From an uncultured Actinomycetota bacterium (GTDB lineage Bacteria; Actinomycetota; Actinomycetes; Actinomycetales; Dermatophilaceae): a stretch of DNA of 64,000 nt. Location: the NCBI GenBank assembly GCA_963803695.1, contig CAWDNY010000011.1, forward strand, positions 159,504 through 223,503. Direction: 5' to 3'. This document shows positions 38,801 through 47,692 of this stretch, one piece after another (the stretch's first letter is position 1; each line of letters starts with the position of its first letter). The translations under genes and the position numbers were made by a program. The notes beneath the pieces are model-generated. The model was not told the origin of the DNA and did not search any database. It worked only from the letters and a program-made list of their open reading frames with translations.

Positions 38801-39193
38801 GATGTATCGGGCGACATAGGGCTCGATAGCGCAGACACCTTCGCCGATGAGCGTCGTGGCTTCGTCGTCGTCGGGTCGCTGCCCCACCGGTCGGTCCAAC
38901 CATCGACGCAACACCCGCGACCGCACCCCACTGGCGGCCAGGTGACCGGCCCGGCGGGCGGCATACTCACCGATCGCGGCCAGCCCACCACGCACGATGA
39001 GCAGAGTGACCAGCGTGACGAGCGGCATTGCGAGCGACCCGCCGGTCACGGCGGCGGTCACCGTTATGGCCAGCGCTACGGCCTGCGCCAATGCGACCAC
39101 TCCGGTCGCGACCCCGACGACGGCCACCACAGTCACTGCTGGCTTAGCCGCACGCACGGCGGCGAGGAGGGCTCGCGGGTCGGGTCGTGCCAT
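35837..39193 (-). CDS. cydDC: Fused CydD-CydC thiol-reductant ABC exporter
   Basis: One 1118-aa ORF with two TMD-NBD halves: GASGTGKTT/LSAGQ/LLDEP and GPNGIGKST/VSGGE/LLDEP; LTATSGWLI CydC motif. Confidence 0.9.
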   Translation of the reverse strand: MARPDPRALLAAVRAAKPAVTVVAVVGVATGVVALAQAVALAITVTAAVTGGSLAMPLVTLVTLLIVRGGLAAIGEYAARRAGHLAASGVRSRVLRRWLDRPVGQRPDDDEATTLIGEGVCAIEPYVARYIPALITAAAVPALAVLTLAFVDVWSALIVVLTLPLLPLFAALIGMHTRDETQRRWAAMTQLSGHFLDVVRGLPTLVAYGRAEQQVDVVREVGERHRCATVRTLRTAFMSTAALELLATISVAMVAVGVGLRLAYGTIDLQVGLMAILLAPEAYWPIRRVGSEFHNAADGVETMDSLGEDLRGDPPLGTGDAGSRGSNGSAASHGSEASGGAVGVANLRYAYPDRHEVLHELDLTVSASPGLTVLAGASGTGKTTLLEVLAGLRLPQSGTVTCPSAHLATQRPLLLAGTVLDNLQIADPDVTVARAQWALNEVGLLDALSIRDGLHTEMGDDGFGLSAGQRTRLALARALLSPQPVVLLDEPTAHVAVESLPQIYSVIAALARHRRVIAATHDHDLAATADSRWALPTSLMPPAQRVVPLRSPQSSSTMPTAEPTSRWQQLRPATRLRVACAMGGLSVASGVALTATSGWLIVQASFQPVVLTLLVAIVGVRTFGLARPVLRYGERVVSHDVALADLARRRADLYAGLIPLTPARLGRGSRNDFLTALVRDLDDVVDEQVRVTVPWWSTVIASAVAVLVVGFALPWAGLAVMFGAVAAGLVGHVVFRTERQAQDSAVRARGDVLRIATTLTHRITAIQAVAGPAAKRIVESVDCAQAATGRAEMRLIRARAIGIAAAWLVVAATSAAVVVLAASAFAAGDLGAPMTALVALTPMALADAWVALPEVCGARARARAAESRLAEVLQQTPAVTEPDGLPDLAVEVDVTPVHLDNLSASWTHSATGAANSQGPRRPDLDAFDLGPLHTGDRVQLTGPNGIGKSTALAVLGRHLDPLSGIYRLAGQDATTVSAESVRNRIAMVDDEPHAFAGTVRANLGLAAPEACDDAMVNALDAVDLGRWLAGLPRGLDTPIAGVSGGERARLSMARAFLSGRPIVLLDEPTAHLDDTTAERALDGLSAAGIPIVVAVSHRPLPWTGFSTRPLDRRQPTPR

Positions 39194-39209
39194 CAGATTG
39201 ACTCTGGCC

Positions 39210-40325
<1,116 letters not shown>

Positions 40326-40339
40326 GTCGATTCAGCTCC

Positions 40340-41785
40340 TCAGTAGGTGAAGACGAAGGGCGCGTCGTCGGCGCGATCATCGGGGTTGTACGACGCGTCT
40401 TCCGGCACCTCTTCGGCACCGGCCCGGGCGTAGCGCAGGGTGAGCCCGACCATCACCACGGCCGCGGCGGCATACAACAGGGTGAAGACGGTCATCGAAA
40501 TGGCGACCTCCGCGGTGCTTACGCCCGGACTGACCCCGTTGGCGGTGGTCATCACGCCGAACACCACCCACGGTTGACGGCCCATTTCGGTGAAGATCCA
40601 ACCGAAGGAGTTCGCAAACAGCGGCATGAAGAACACGGACAGGCTGGCGTAGAGCCACAGTCGACTCTTCAGCGGTCGGTCTCCGCGCAGCGCAAACAGC
40701 GCAAGAGCCGCTATGCCGGCACCGGCCATCCCGAGGCCGATCATCCACCGGAAGCTCCAGTAGGTCACCGGGATGATCGGGCGATAGTCCTGCGCTGCGG
40801 TCATCGCGTCGTCGCTGAAGGCGAGTTGGTATTCGGCGTTGAGGTCGTTGATGCCACGGACCTCACCGTCCAGAGTGCCGGTGGCCAGGAACGACAGCAG
40901 TTTGGGCACGGTGACCGCCCACTTCTCTTCAGTCCCGTCCGGGGTGCCGATGGTCAGGATCGAGAAGGGTGCTCCTTCGCCTTCGGGCACGGTCTCGTAG
41001 AGGGCCTCGGCGGCGGCCATCTTCATCGGCTGGACCTCGGTCATGATTTTGCCTTGGATGTCGCCGGTGACCGCGGTGGTCACGCCGCCGATGAGCACGA
41101 CAACGGCCCCGAGCCGGGCGGCTTTGCGATACATCGGCTTGTCGGCCGCTGCAGTCTTGTCTCGCCATACGTGCCACATCCCGATGGCCAGGACGAAGCC
41201 GCCACCGGTCATCCAGGCGGCGGCGATGACGTGCGGGAAGGTCACCAGTTGCACCGGGTTGGTGAGCACGGCCCAGAAGTCGGTCAACTCTGCGCGACCG
41301 GTCTCGGGGTTGTTTTCGTAGCCCACCGGGTTCTGCATGAAGGAGTTCGCGGTCAAAATGAAGTATGCCGACAGCATGGTCCCGATGTGCACGAGCCAGA
41401 TGCACGCAGCATGCAGCTTTTCCGGAATGCGGCCCCAGCCGAAGATCCACAACCCGAGGAACGTGGACTCCAGGAAGAACGCCAGCAACGCCTCGATCGC
41501 CAGCGGTGCGCCGAAGATGTCGCCCACGAATCGGGAGTAGTCCGACCAGTTCATCCCGAACTGGAATTCCTGCACGATCCCGGTGGCCAGGCCGAGCGCG
41601 AAGTTGATGGTGAAGAGCTTGCCGAAAAATTTGGTCAGCCGCAGCCACTGCGGGTTGCGGGTGCGCATCCATTGCGTCTGCATCAGCGCGACGACGAGCG
41701 AGAGGCCGATCGTGGTCGGGACAAACAGGTAGTGATACACGGTGGTGATGCCGAATTGCCAGCGAGCCAGGTCGAGCGCTTCCAT
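40340..41785 (-). CDS. cydA: Cytochrome bd oxidase subunit I
   Basis: LARWQFG, YHYLFVP, GIVQEFQFG, QPMKMAAAE, EMGRQPW. Confidence 0.97.
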   Translation of the reverse strand: MEALDLARWQFGITTVYHYLFVPTTIGLSLVVALMQTQWMRTRNPQWLRLTKFFGKLFTINFALGLATGIVQEFQFGMNWSDYSRFVGDIFGAPLAIEALLAFFLESTFLGLWIFGWGRIPEKLHAACIWLVHIGTMLSAYFILTANSFMQNPVGYENNPETGRAELTDFWAVLTNPVQLVTFPHVIAAAWMTGGGFVLAIGMWHVWRDKTAAADKPMYRKAARLGAVVVLIGGVTTAVTGDIQGKIMTEVQPMKMAAAEALYETVPEGEGAPFSILTIGTPDGTEEKWAVTVPKLLSFLATGTLDGEVRGINDLNAEYQLAFSDDAMTAAQDYRPIIPVTYWSFRWMIGLGMAGAGIAALALFALRGDRPLKSRLWLYASLSVFFMPLFANSFGWIFTEMGRQPWVVFGVMTTANGVSPGVSTAEVAISMTVFTLLYAAAAVVMVGLTLRYARAGAEEVPEDASYNPDDRADDAPFVFTY

Positions 41786-41812
41786 GCCAGTTCCCTCACA
41801 CGTCGCGATACG

Positions 41813-41829
41813 TACTACGATTCGTAAGA
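41813..41829. promoter_or_regulatory. Candidate BlaI-type operator upstream of cydA
   Basis: TACTAC-GATTC-GTAAGA resembles the TAC(G/T)AC-N5-GT(A/C)GTA repeat described for mycobacterial BlaI (recalled); right half 4/6. Confidence 0.4.
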
Positions 41830-41833
41830 GAAC

Positions 41834-42685
41834 TTACACCGTGAGTGCGGCCAGCCCCAACGGGACGGTCAAGACAGCGATCGCGAAGCAAATCATCGCG
41901 GCAGCCCGGCCGTGTCGGGGGTTCGCGGCGTCGGCGATCAGCAGCAGTCGTGCCTTCGTCTGCTCCGGCGTGCCGCCCACGCCCATCGTGGCTTCGGGGT
42001 GCGCCGCGCGGTGCATCGTGACCAGTGCTCGGGCTAGCGGCTTGGCTCCGCTGACCCGGATCGCGGCTCGATCAGCGAGCGCCTCGACGAGCAGGTGGAC
42101 CTCGCTGAGCGCCGCGTCGCACCGGATCGGCCCGGGGACGGCGAAGTGCAGGACGGTGAAGAACTCGAGGATGAGGTCGTGCCGGGCGTTGAGATGAGCG
42201 CGTTCGTGAGCGAGAACCGCGCCGAGCTCGTCATCGTTGAGAGCCGCCACCGCGCCGGCCGTGAGCACGATCTGACGGCGGCCACCCGGCACGCAGTATG
42301 CCGTGGGGCTGGCGTGTTGGAGCACGGTCACGCTGGTGTTCGGGTCGACATCGCCGAGCAGGTCGACCAACTCGCGGTGGCGGGCTCGGAGGGTGCGCAG
42401 TCCGGTGCCGACTCGGTGACCGCTGAGCAGCAGACGGGCCAGCATGAGGGCACTGAGCGCGACGGCAGCCCACAGCAGGGTCATGTTGCGATCGGTCAGT
42501 GACCAGGCGGCGACCGGGGCAGCGAGCAACGCGGCCAGGATTCCGGAGACGGCGACACACTGCCATACCAGGAGGGCGGGCCCGGGGCACACCCGAAAAG
42601 TGGTTTGCGGGGCCATGATGCGCGGGGCGATGACCGAAAAGGTGAGCGCGACGAGACCGAGGAGCAGCACGGCGAGAGTGTCCAT
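41834..42685 (-). CDS. M56-family metallopeptidase (BlaR-like)
   Basis: TM N-terminus, AYCVPG, LAHERAH (HExxH), EALADRAA. Confidence 0.9.
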   Translation of the reverse strand: MDTLAVLLLGLVALTFSVIAPRIMAPQTTFRVCPGPALLVWQCVAVSGILAALLAAPVAAWSLTDRNMTLLWAAVALSALMLARLLLSGHRVGTGLRTLRARHRELVDLLGDVDPNTSVTVLQHASPTAYCVPGGRRQIVLTAGAVAALNDDELGAVLAHERAHLNARHDLILEFFTVLHFAVPGPIRCDAALSEVHLLVEALADRAAIRVSGAKPLARALVTMHRAAHPEATMGVGGTPEQTKARLLLIADAANPRHGRAAAMICFAIAVLTVPLGLAALTV

Positions 42686-42700
42686 GCGGGTGGCCTGTGC

Positions 42701-43093
42701 TTAGCTGTGGCGCCGCTCGACTTCGGCCAATGCGGCCCGGAGGTCGTCCAGCTCTGCAGCATCGGCCTGACCGAGGAAGTGCAGCATCGCGGCTTGCCGG
42801 TCCCCGGTGTCGAGGGTGTCGAGCCCAACTCGCATGGAGGCGGCGGTCAATTCCTCGCGGGATGCGGCGGCCGAATAGATCCAGGCCCGACCGTCACGAG
42901 TGCGGTTGGCCAAGCCCTTCTTAGCGAGACGGTCCAGCACGGTCATGACGGTCGTATAGGCCAAGTCGCGTGAGCCGTTGAGGTGAGTCAAGACCTGGCG
43001 CACGCTTTGATCGCCGTCCTGCTCCCACAAAACGGTCATGACGGCGCGTTCCAGATCGCCGAGACCGCTAAATTTCTTGGGCACAAGGGGCAT
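42701..43093 (-). CDS. blaI: BlaI/MecI/CopY-family repressor
   Basis: LGDLERAVMTVLW, LAYTTVMTVLDRLAKKG, RAWIY. Confidence 0.92.
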   Translation of the reverse strand: MPLVPKKFSGLGDLERAVMTVLWEQDGDQSVRQVLTHLNGSRDLAYTTVMTVLDRLAKKGLANRTRDGRAWIYSAAASREELTAASMRVGLDTLDTGDRQAAMLHFLGQADAAELDDLRAALAEVERRHS

Positions 43094-43178
43094 AGTACGC
43101 CCCCACCTGGAAAACGCTTTCAGAAAAATGCAAAAGAAGTCTTGCGCAACAGGTCTTTAACATGACATCCTGGTAGAC

Positions 43179-43793
43179 ATGACGATGCATGAAGTCTTCG
43201 AGCCGGAACGCATCAGGGCGCTCGCGCACCCGACGCGGCTGGAGTTGCTGGACTTCCTGCGCGACGTCCGCGAGGCAACGGCGACCGAGTGCGCCGAGCA
43301 CGTGCGGGAGTCCGTAGCGAGCTGCTCTTTCCACCTGCGGATCTTGGGCAAGTACGGCTACATCGAGCGCGCCGAGCAGCGCGGACGAGAGAAGCCCTGG
43401 CGCGCTGCCTCCGCTGACGTGTGGGACCTTCGGCCCTCGCCGGACGTCATCGGATCACGTGCCGCGACGCGGGAGTTGGCTTCGCTGGTGGTGTTGCGCG
43501 AGGGCGAACGCTTTCGCAGGTTCTTGGCCCTTCCCGAGGAAACCGATCCTGATTGGGCCGATGCAGTGACGGTCACCACCAGTTCGTTCTGGGCGACGGC
43601 GGAGGAGATGGCCGAGCTGAGCCAAGACCTCCAAGCGCTGGCCACCCGATTTGCCTACCGCTCCGATGATCCTGATGCACGGCCAGCGGGATCGAGGAAA
43701 GCGCATTTCGCGGCCACGCTCAATCCGGACAAGGCGACCGGCGGCGACGAGGACCAGGCTCGGGAGTCACCGAAGGTTCCCGCAAATGAATGA
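43179..43793 (+). CDS. ArsR-like winged-helix regulator
   Basis: IRALAHPTRLELLDFL, ATATECA, SCSFHLRILGKYGYIE. Confidence 0.85.
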   Translation: MTMHEVFEPERIRALAHPTRLELLDFLRDVREATATECAEHVRESVASCSFHLRILGKYGYIERAEQRGREKPWRAASADVWDLRPSPDVIGSRAATRELASLVVLREGERFRRFLALPEETDPDWADAVTVTTSSFWATAEEMAELSQDLQALATRFAYRSDDPDARPAGSRKAHFAATLNPDKATGGDEDQARESPKVPANE

Positions 43794-45016
43794 GCTCCGG
43801 GCAAAGGTTCGAAAGCCGGCTGCTCTGCATGCCGCGGGCTTCGGGCGTCTCACGTTGGCCTGGGTGTTCACAAACTTGGCCGACAGTGCGCTATATCTCA
43901 TGGGGGCCGTGTGGGTGAAGGACCTCTCCGGATCTGATGTCGCGGCTGGCTTGGTGTTCGCCGCGCTCGGCCTTCCCGCGGTCCTCTCGCCCGTCCTCGG
44001 GCAGATCGCCGATCGAGTCTCGCGTCGCAAACTCGTGGTGGCGGCCAACCTGGGAGTCTCCTTTCCGGTGGCAGCGCTCTTCTTCGTCACCTCCTCAGCG
44101 CAACTGTGGCTTATCTACACGGTGGTCTTCCTCTACGGCACGATGTCGTTCCCTGACCGCCTCGGCTCAGTCGGGGTTGATCCGAGATCTGCTGCCGGAC
44201 GAGCACCTGGCCTCGGGCAACGGGATGTCGTCGACCATCGACCAAGCGATGCGTTTGCTCTCTCCCCTTCTTGGGACGGCCCTGTATGTGCTGGCTGGTC
44301 CCGATGCCGTGATTGCGCTCACCGTGGTCTTCTTCCTGATTGCCGCAGTCATCCTGGTCGGTTTGCGTCTGGAGGAGAGTGAGCCAGAGGACCCGGCTAA
44401 CCGGGGTGGCCTTTGGGCGGAGGTCTCGGCGGGATTTCGCTACCTTCGCCATACCCCGCCGCTGGGCCGATTGACCCTGCTCCTGGGCGTCGGGATCGCG
44501 GCGACGGGCCTGGTCAACATCGCGATCTTCCCGTTCCTGGATCAGGGAGTCGGTGTAGCCGCCTCGACCATCGGGGTGCTCGTCAGCATCCAGGGCGTTG
44601 GAGCAATACTCGGTGGTTTGACGGCGGCCTGGGCCATCGGACGATCGGGAGAAGTCCCGACGTTTGCCCTCGGGATGGCGGGCCTGGGCATCGGGCTCGT
44701 GCCGCTGATGGCGAACAGCCTCACCGCGGCCGTCGCCGGAATGGCGCTCGGCGGGTTCAGCGTCAGTTGGCTCGTGGTCTCCTACGCGACGGCTCGGCAG
44801 CGGCTCACCCCGGCCCGGCTCCAAGGGCGGGTGGCTGGGGCAGCCAACATCTCAATCAATCTGCCGCAAGCAGTGATCACCTTCGTGGGTGCAGGGCTGC
44901 TAGCCGTTGCGGACTACCGCCTACTGGTGCTGGCCACCGTCATTGTGGTCTTCGCCTCTGCCCTGGCCGCGACCCCAGCGCGGCACGCAGGCCCACCCAC
45001 GCTGCCGACCTCTTGA
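43786..45016 (+). pseudogene. MFS transporter with a +1 frameshift
   Basis: N-half in ORF 43651..44382 from ATG 43786 (GQIADRVSRRK), C-half in ORF 43937..45016; extra C at 44151-44153 (TTCCCTGACC instead of TTC CTG ACC). Confidence 0.8.
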
Positions 45017-45017
45017 G

Positions 45018-45281
45018 CTAGTGCGATCGATATACGGATCGTCGGTGGCCGGCGCGAAGCACCAAGACGAGCAGCCTTTCGTCCTCGATCTCATAGATGA
45101 TGCGGTAGTCGCCCGTCCGCACACGCCACTCGCCGCCGCCACCGACGAGGCGCGTTGCCGCAGGCGGTCGGGGTTCAGCGCCCAAGAGATCGATAGCCGC
45201 CTGCACTCTGCGGCGAGCCTGAGGGTCTAACTTGCGCAACTGACGCTCGGCCGCGGCCGCAAGCACAATGCGGTAGGTCAT
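45018..45281 (-). CDS. relE: RelE/ParE-family toxin
   Basis: AERQLRKLD, PRPPAATRL, WRVRTGDYRIIYEI, AGHRRSVY. Confidence 0.92.
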   Translation of the reverse strand: MTYRIVLAAAAERQLRKLDPQARRRVQAAIDLLGAEPRPPAATRLVGGGGEWRVRTGDYRIIYEIEDERLLVLVLRAGHRRSVYRSH

Positions 45282-45553
45282 ACGAGACCGAGATCGGCCT
45301 TCACCTGTTCCCAGGGGGTGGGTTCCTGCGTGGTTTCCCGCATCTCGGCGCGGGCAGCCTCGGCAGCGCGAATATCTGCCATGTCCTCTGCCATTTCGAG
45401 AAGCTCGTTCAAGTCGTCAGCATCGATCACCGCGGCCACGCGCTGCCCTCTACGCGCTATGTACATCGGAGCGTGCTCATCGCGAGCGCGGTCAATGATC
45501 GAGGCGAGGTTCTGACGCGCCTCGGACACGGCATACGACGTTTGGGTGGACAT
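45278..45553 (-). CDS. Phd/YefM-family antitoxin
   Basis: VSEARQNLASIIDRA, IARRGQRVAAVIDADD; TGTAC/GTACA operator-like repeats at 45561-45597. Confidence 0.92.
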   Translation of the reverse strand: MSTQTSYAVSEARQNLASIIDRARDEHAPMYIARRGQRVAAVIDADDLNELLEMAEDMADIRAAEAARAEMRETTQEPTPWEQVKADLGLV

Positions 45554-45603
45554 GTATTAACTGTACGTTTAGTGCTGTCAATGTACAAACAGTACAGACG
45601 TGA

Positions 45604-46623
45604 CTATTCGCCGGGATAGCCATGAGGATTGCCCTGCTGCCAGCGCCAGGTGTCGGCACACATGTCCTCGACGGTTCGGGTCGCGCTCCAGCCGAGCTCG
45701 AGATGGGCCCGTGAGGGGTCGGCATACGAGGAGGCGATGTCGCCGGGGCGACGGGGGCCGACGGCATACGGGATCTCCTGTCCGCTGGCGGCAGCGAAGG
45801 CTTCCACGAGCTCGAGCACGCTGGTGCCATGTCCGGTGCCGAGGTTCCACGTCGAGACGGCACGGTCGTGCTCACCGATCCACTCCAGCGCGGCGAGGTG
45901 CCCGGCCGCGAGGTCTTCGACGTGGATGTAGTCGCGCACGCCGGTGCCGTCGGGGGTGTCGTAATCGCCGCCGAAGACCGACAACTTGTCGCGGCGGCCC
46001 ACGGCGGTCTGTGCGATGAAGGGCATCAGGTTGTTGGGGATGTCGCTGGGGTCTTCGCCGAGCTGGCCCGAGGAGTGTGCGCCGACGGGGTTGAAGTAGC
46101 GCAGCAGCGCGATCCGCCATTGGGGATCGGTGACCGCGAGGTCTTGCAGGATCTGCTCGATCATGACCTTGGTCCAGCCGTACGGGTTTGTCGCCGAGGT
46201 GGGCAGGTCTTCGGTCATCGGCACGGGCGCGTTCGGGCCGTAGACCGTGGCCGAGGACGAGAAGACCAGCTGGTAGACCCGGTGATTGGCCATCGCCTCG
46301 ACGAGGGCCAGGGTCGAGCCGACGTTGTTGCGGTAATACAGGACGGGCTTGGCCACGGACTCGCCGACGGCCTTGGAGCCGGCGAAGTGGATGACTGAGT
46401 CAACGGCTTCGGTCGCGAAGAGGTGGTCGACGGCCGCGCGGTCGGTGAGGTCGACTTCGTGCAACGTCAGTGAGGAACCGGCGAGGGCTTCGATCCTGGG
46501 CAGCACAGAGTGCTTGGAGTTGCTGAAGTTGTCGGCCACGACGACTTCGTGCCCAGCTTCGAGAAGCTGAAGGGTGGTGTGAGACCCGATATATCCGGCA
46601 CCGCCGGTGACCAATACGCGCAT
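45604..46623 (-). CDS. galE: UDP-glucose 4-epimerase
   Basis: VLVTGGAGYIGSH, FSSSATVYG, YGWTK, LRYFNPVGAH, RDYIHVEDLA; start ATG 46623, shorter than the track ORF. Confidence 0.96.
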   Translation of the reverse strand: MRVLVTGGAGYIGSHTTLQLLEAGHEVVVADNFSNSKHSVLPRIEALAGSSLTLHEVDLTDRAAVDHLFATEAVDSVIHFAGSKAVGESVAKPVLYYRNNVGSTLALVEAMANHRVYQLVFSSSATVYGPNAPVPMTEDLPTSATNPYGWTKVMIEQILQDLAVTDPQWRIALLRYFNPVGAHSSGQLGEDPSDIPNNLMPFIAQTAVGRRDKLSVFGGDYDTPDGTGVRDYIHVEDLAAGHLAALEWIGEHDRAVSTWNLGTGHGTSVLELVEAFAAASGQEIPYAVGPRRPGDIASSYADPSRAHLELGWSATRTVEDMCADTWRWQQGNPHGYPGE

Positions 46624-46625
46624 CC

Positions 46626-46781
46626 GTGAAGTATGCCGTGCGCCGGCTCCGGCCCGTGGGTGCTTCGTTGGTCGATCTCGACGATGACTACGAGGCGGCT
46701 TGGCAAGAGTGGGAGGCCACCGACGACTGGGCGTTGTGGGATGCAACGAGTGTCGATGGGGTGAGCGATGCGTCGAGGTGA
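46626..46781 (+). pseudogene. 5'-truncated MazE-type (RHH) antitoxin
   Basis: VKYAVRRLR...LDDDYEAAWQEWEATDDWALWDATSVDGVSDASR* matches the acidic C-half of mycobacterial MazE-type antitoxins; no room for the RHH N-terminus before galE. Confidence 0.7.
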
Positions 46782-47115
46782 GATCAGACTGATCGACCTC
46801 GACCCGGTACGCGGCAGCGCAGCCAACAAGCGCAGACCAGGGGTCATCGTCAGCAACGATCGAGCTCTCGCCGCTGCTGCTCGCCGCGGTCGAGGGGTCA
46901 TCACGGTCGTTCCGGTGACGAGCAACGTCGAGCGGGTCTATCCCTTCCAAGCGCTGCTCGTCGCTGCGGAATCGGGCTTGCGGGTGGACTCGAAGGCGCA
47001 GGCTGAGCAGGTCCGATCAGTCGACGTCCAGGGTGTCGGTCCCGCGGTGGGTCGAGCCTCTGCCGATTCGATGCGCGCCGTCGACGCAGCCCTGCGGGTC
47101 CACCTACACCTGTGA
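46768..47115 (+). CDS. mazF: MazF/PemK toxin (similar to mycobacterial MazF9/mt1 type)
   Basis: MRRGEIRLIDLDPVRGSAANKRRPGVIVSND, VITVVPVTSN, VYPFQ, SKAQAEQVRS. Confidence 0.92.
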   Translation: MRRGEIRLIDLDPVRGSAANKRRPGVIVSNDRALAAAARRGRGVITVVPVTSNVERVYPFQALLVAAESGLRVDSKAQAEQVRSVDVQGVGPAVGRASADSMRAVDAALRVHLHL

Positions 47116-47120
47116 TCGGG

Positions 47121-47594
47121 CTACTGACCGAGCGCTTTGGCCAGCTCGTCGAGGTAGTCGTCGACCTCTTCTTCGGAGTATCCCGCGCCGAGCTGGGTCG
47201 AGGTGAAGGATGTCTGGAACACGCTCGGCGGCTCTCGCCCGTCGCGGACGGCGGCCATCACATCGGCCAAGAAAGCTTCGACCTGGTCGATGTTGTAGCC
47301 CCGGCGGAAGCGACTCGTCGTGAAAGCCGGAGGGGTCGGCAAGTCATCTACGGTGGCCGACGTGCTGCGCTGGGGCGGTGCCACCTGAGAGCGAAGATCC
47401 TCTAAGAATTCGTCGACCTCGACCATGTCGTAGCCGCCGAAGGGCCACGTGAACCGGGCCTCCATGACGTCGGGCACGTCGCTGCCCTGCTCGAGGGCTC
47501 GGGCGAATTCCCGCAAGAACGCGTCGACATCTTCGACGGCATACCCCCGTTGGAAGCGTCCTACGCGAGTGAACTCGGGCTTCTCGGCTGCCAT
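47121..47594 (-). CDS. DivIVA-domain repeat protein
   Basis: Four F...GY..E(E/D)VD.FL motifs. Confidence 0.8.
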   Translation of the reverse strand: MAAEKPEFTRVGRFQRGYAVEDVDAFLREFARALEQGSDVPDVMEARFTWPFGGYDMVEVDEFLEDLRSQVAPPQRSTSATVDDLPTPPAFTTSRFRRGYNIDQVEAFLADVMAAVRDGREPPSVFQTSFTSTQLGAGYSEEEVDDYLDELAKALGQ

Positions 47595-47640
47595 CCGCGC
47601 AGTTTTGCACGATCCGCAGAGCTGTCCTTCCGACCCGCCG

Positions 47641-47692
47641 GATTAGCCTGTGCGGTTCATGTCGCTATAGCGGCACAACTGCTCAGGCTAAG
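47641..47692. repeat. REP-like family B, copy 1
   Basis: gattagcctgtgcggttcatgtcgctatagcggcacaactgctcaggctaag; hairpin arms ttagcctg/caggctaa, central palindrome CGCTATAGCG; 47/52 identical to 55566-55617. Confidence 0.85.
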
